A stretch of 64,000 nt of DNA from Fimicolochytrium jonesii (Eukaryota): the NCBI RefSeq assembly GCF_025526975.1, contig NW_026515672.1, positions 1,116,001 to 1,180,000 on the forward strand, read 5' to 3'. The notes beneath the pieces were generated by a model. That model had not been told where the DNA came from. It saw nothing but the letters and a program-made list of their open reading frames with translations, and ran no database searches. Shown one piece after another: positions 61,383-64,000 of this stretch. Each line of letters starts with the position of its first letter. Position 1 is the first letter of the stretch. Position numbers and translations under genes: made by a program.

Positions 61383-62178
61383 TCATCCCACAGCATCAAC
61401 CCTCCCCCCACCCTGGCTACTATGCGCCAAACTAAACAGACACGGCGAACAATCCAGCACGTCCACCCGATACTCGGTCCCCTGGTACTCGCTCAACAGC
61501 GTTAACGCCGCGCGGACGGTCGGTACCGATCTACTCAAATCATGTCAACTCTGTCAGCAACTTAAAGGGAAAAATGGACGCATTTGTTTTTTTTGTGGGG
61601 GTTGCTTACTCGTATGTAGTCCGGATGATACCGACCCTTTTGGATTCCGAGTATCTGAGCAAATCAACATGATGCGCCGCACCAACGATCCGAAACACCT
61701 CCCTTAGCGCGTGGTTGATCGCGTTGCGGAAGTGGAGGGGAGTGACTGTGTATGTTGGGTCAGATGATGTGCTGTGTGGGGGATGGTTAGGGGAAACGGA
61801 GTGATGGTGAGCTGGGGACGGGGGAGGGGAGACTTACAAGCGAAGACGGAGGTATGCGAATGGGGATGGGGAGATTGTTAGTTTCGATGGCCTGAATCCC
61901 GCGCGTGCTGTGTCCGCCGCCGGTGCTGGGACAGTGACCTGCGCATTTTTCTCATTCGGTGTCGCTGCTGCTAATGGTGGTGGATCGGTTTGCTTTCGCT
62001 TTTTGGTGGCTTGTGATTGTTTGTTGGCGATGCTCCGTGCGGCGAGGGCGGATGCGCTGAGGGCTTGGGAGAGTTTGCGTTTTGGCGGCTGTTTTTGTTG
62101 GAGAGCGGATGCGGGTGGTGCGGGTGCCGCTGATGGTGGCCCTGGTGCGGATGTTGACGATGACTGTTGTTCTGGCAT
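61383..62178 (-). CDS. RNase P/MRP subunit, Rpp14/Pop8-like (3 exons)
   Basis: FAYLRLRL...LHFRNAINHALREVFRIVGAAHHVDLLRY...GIIRTT...TVRAALTLL...RVDVLDCSPCLFSLA. Confidence 0.75.
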
Positions 62179-62457
62179 TTTGGGGTTGATGATGCTGCCT
62201 GTTGGTGAAGGTTTTGAGCCTCGAAAGTCGGCAGAACGGCAGGTTGGAAGAGCAAGCCACTTAAAAAGAGTCTCATGCACGTGACACCCCGTGACCTCCC
62301 CGCAACTTGCCCTTTTTCGCAACTTCAAACTCCCTACGAACTTTTTTTCGTATCGAGCTCAAACGACCCATTTCCTTGAAGAAGCATAACGGACGCAGCG
62401 GCAGTAAACAACCAATCTCCACTCAACCACATATACAAAACCTACGACAGAGCAGCA

Positions 62458-63618
62458 ATGGGCAGAGTAACCGCCACCAAACCCGCCAAAAAGGCGCCAA
62501 AAACAAGTGCCCCCGAAGACGCAATGGACACCTCCGACGACCTTATCACCATACCCGGCTCCACAACCACAACAACAACAGCAGCAGCAGCAGCGGCGGC
62601 CCCATCACCACATACAACCGACGCCATGGACACAGATACACCCACGCCCCAGACGGATAAGCCAAAGTTTAAGAAAGTGAAGCCGTCGGAGCTTTTGGTA
62701 TGTTTTGGGGAATGAATGGGAAAAGGTGAACTGCAGTGGGTGGGGAGAGGTATCTTTTTCGGCCCCAAGCTGGGAGTGATGATTCCAATATAGAGTCAAG
62801 CCCTGAGTTTTTTCAGGTACTGGGGAGGTGCCGGCTTATATACGGACCTTACTCGGTGCCTTTGATGAGAGCACTTCATACCTGACCCGCTTGGAGAAGA
62901 GAGAATGCCTCGTCCCACCCCTGCAATCTATTCCCGCACAGACAGTGACAAGGGACAGTCTAACTCATCCGTGTGTTTCTAGTCAGGAAAACAAGAATCT
63001 CGCAAAGTACCCGTGCCCCCACACCGCATCACCCCGATCCAGAAGGACTGGATCAAGATCTACTCCCCGCTCGTGGAGCACATGAAGCTGCAGGTGCGGA
63101 TGAACCTGAAAGCCAAAGCCGTCGAGATGCGGACGTGCAAGCAGACCGAGGACGCTGGGGCGTTGCAGAAGAGTGCGGATTTTGTGAAGGCCTATTGTTT
63201 GGGGTTTGAGATTGATGTGAGTGAGCCGTTTTATCAATCAATTCAATCGAGCAAAGATCTGTATCCACATGTTCTCATCACCTCCTCGGTATCCCGATAG
63301 GACGCCATCGCCCTCCTCCGTCTCGACGACCTCTACCTCGACACCTTCGAAATCAAGGACGTTAAAACCCTCACCGGCGACAACCTCTCCCGCGCCATCG
63401 GCCGCATCGTCGGCAAAGACGGCAAAACCAAATTCGCTATTGAAAACACATCCCGCACCCGTGTCGTCATCGCTGACACCAAGATACATATCCTTGGGTC
63501 GTTTGCGAATATCAGAGTGGCGAGAGATGCGATTGTGAGTTTGATTTTGGGAAGCACGCCGGGGAAGGTGTATTCTCAGTTGAGGACTGTTAGTTCGAGG
63601 ATGAAGGAGAGGTTTTGA
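62458..63618 (+). CDS. PNO1: Pre-rRNA processing KH protein Pno1/Dim2 (exons 62458-62697, 62983-63216, 63301-63618)
   Basis: [37 protein letters not shown]...[12 protein letters not shown]...[19 protein letters not shown]...GSTPGKVY...RMKERF*. Confidence 0.97.
62776..62885 (+). ncRNA. Intronic box C/D snoRNA, snR66-like (LSU Um, yeast U2417 equivalent)
   Basis: Box C GTGATGA 62776-62782. Guide TAGAGTCAAGC (62791-62801) pairs with LSU GCUUGACUCUA. D' CTGA 62803, C' TTGATGA near 62862, D CTGA 62882-62885. Terminal stem CCAAGCTGGG / CCCGCTTGG. Confidence 0.85.
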
Positions 63619-64000
63619 GACATCTCGCTTTTCTCGCTCTGTCTATGCGTGCGAATACAAGGGGGTTGCTTGCGAGACGAGCCACTCCCCCCCTGTTTTT
63701 GCTTCTTGTCGTAGCGGAATCACATTTTGGCAACCCACCCACCCGCAACCATCTTTTGTATCTAGTTTACTTATACCTCATCCTCACACGGCGGGTGCAA
63801 CACAACTCTCCCCTCCCCCCAACCTGTGTAATTTATAGCTATTCACATTATCATTATGCATATATGTACGTCCGAAGCTATAGAGTACCACAGAGGACCG
63901 TTTATTCTATTCTTCCTATGCCCGCAAAAACGAGCTATGCTCGTGTGAGATACCTCAACACCCCCGTTCGCACGCCCTCATTTGGGAACCTCGCGCACGA

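Overview
Gene-dense eukaryotic (fungal) DNA with short GT-AG introns and CTAAC/CTGAC-type branch points. The gene set and style suggest an early-diverging fungus such as a chytrid, which is an inference. Recognisable genes are GOT1, CDC37, an SFI1-like centrin-binding repeat protein, a cyclophilin with a probable dual start, DBP2 with its conserved large intron, a derlin-like protein, a BET bromodomain protein (BDF1), two SDR dehydrogenases, PET117, a MenA/UBIAD1-like prenyltransferase, a TAP-like alpha/beta hydrolase, COX18, LSM3, DBP3, an Rpp14/Pop8-like RNase P subunit and PNO1. The ORF track cannot show five intron-encoded box C/D snoRNAs. Three lie in a non-coding host gene (3.5-4.5 kb), one in a second non-coding host gene (51.3-52.4 kb) and one in the first PNO1 intron. 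The two non-coding hosts share a TCACGTG + TATAAAAAGGGG promoter, and the 52.2 kb snoRNA is a U24-like dual guide with compensatory box C/D changes. Accessory DNA includes an intronless 1013-aa SF2/Z1-type helicase-like gene that looks foreign, a set of F-box genes and relics, and a decayed-element tract at 40-47 kb (REase-like domain, Ty3/gypsy and Tc1 fragments, a TET/JBP-like fragment, and an intact ER thioredoxin-like ORF). There is also a 37/38-bp dimeric minisatellite and a CG-rich intronic repeat family. All calls come from reading the sequence by eye. rRNA target sequences and snoRNA homologies are recalled from conserved eukaryotic rRNA and were not aligned.
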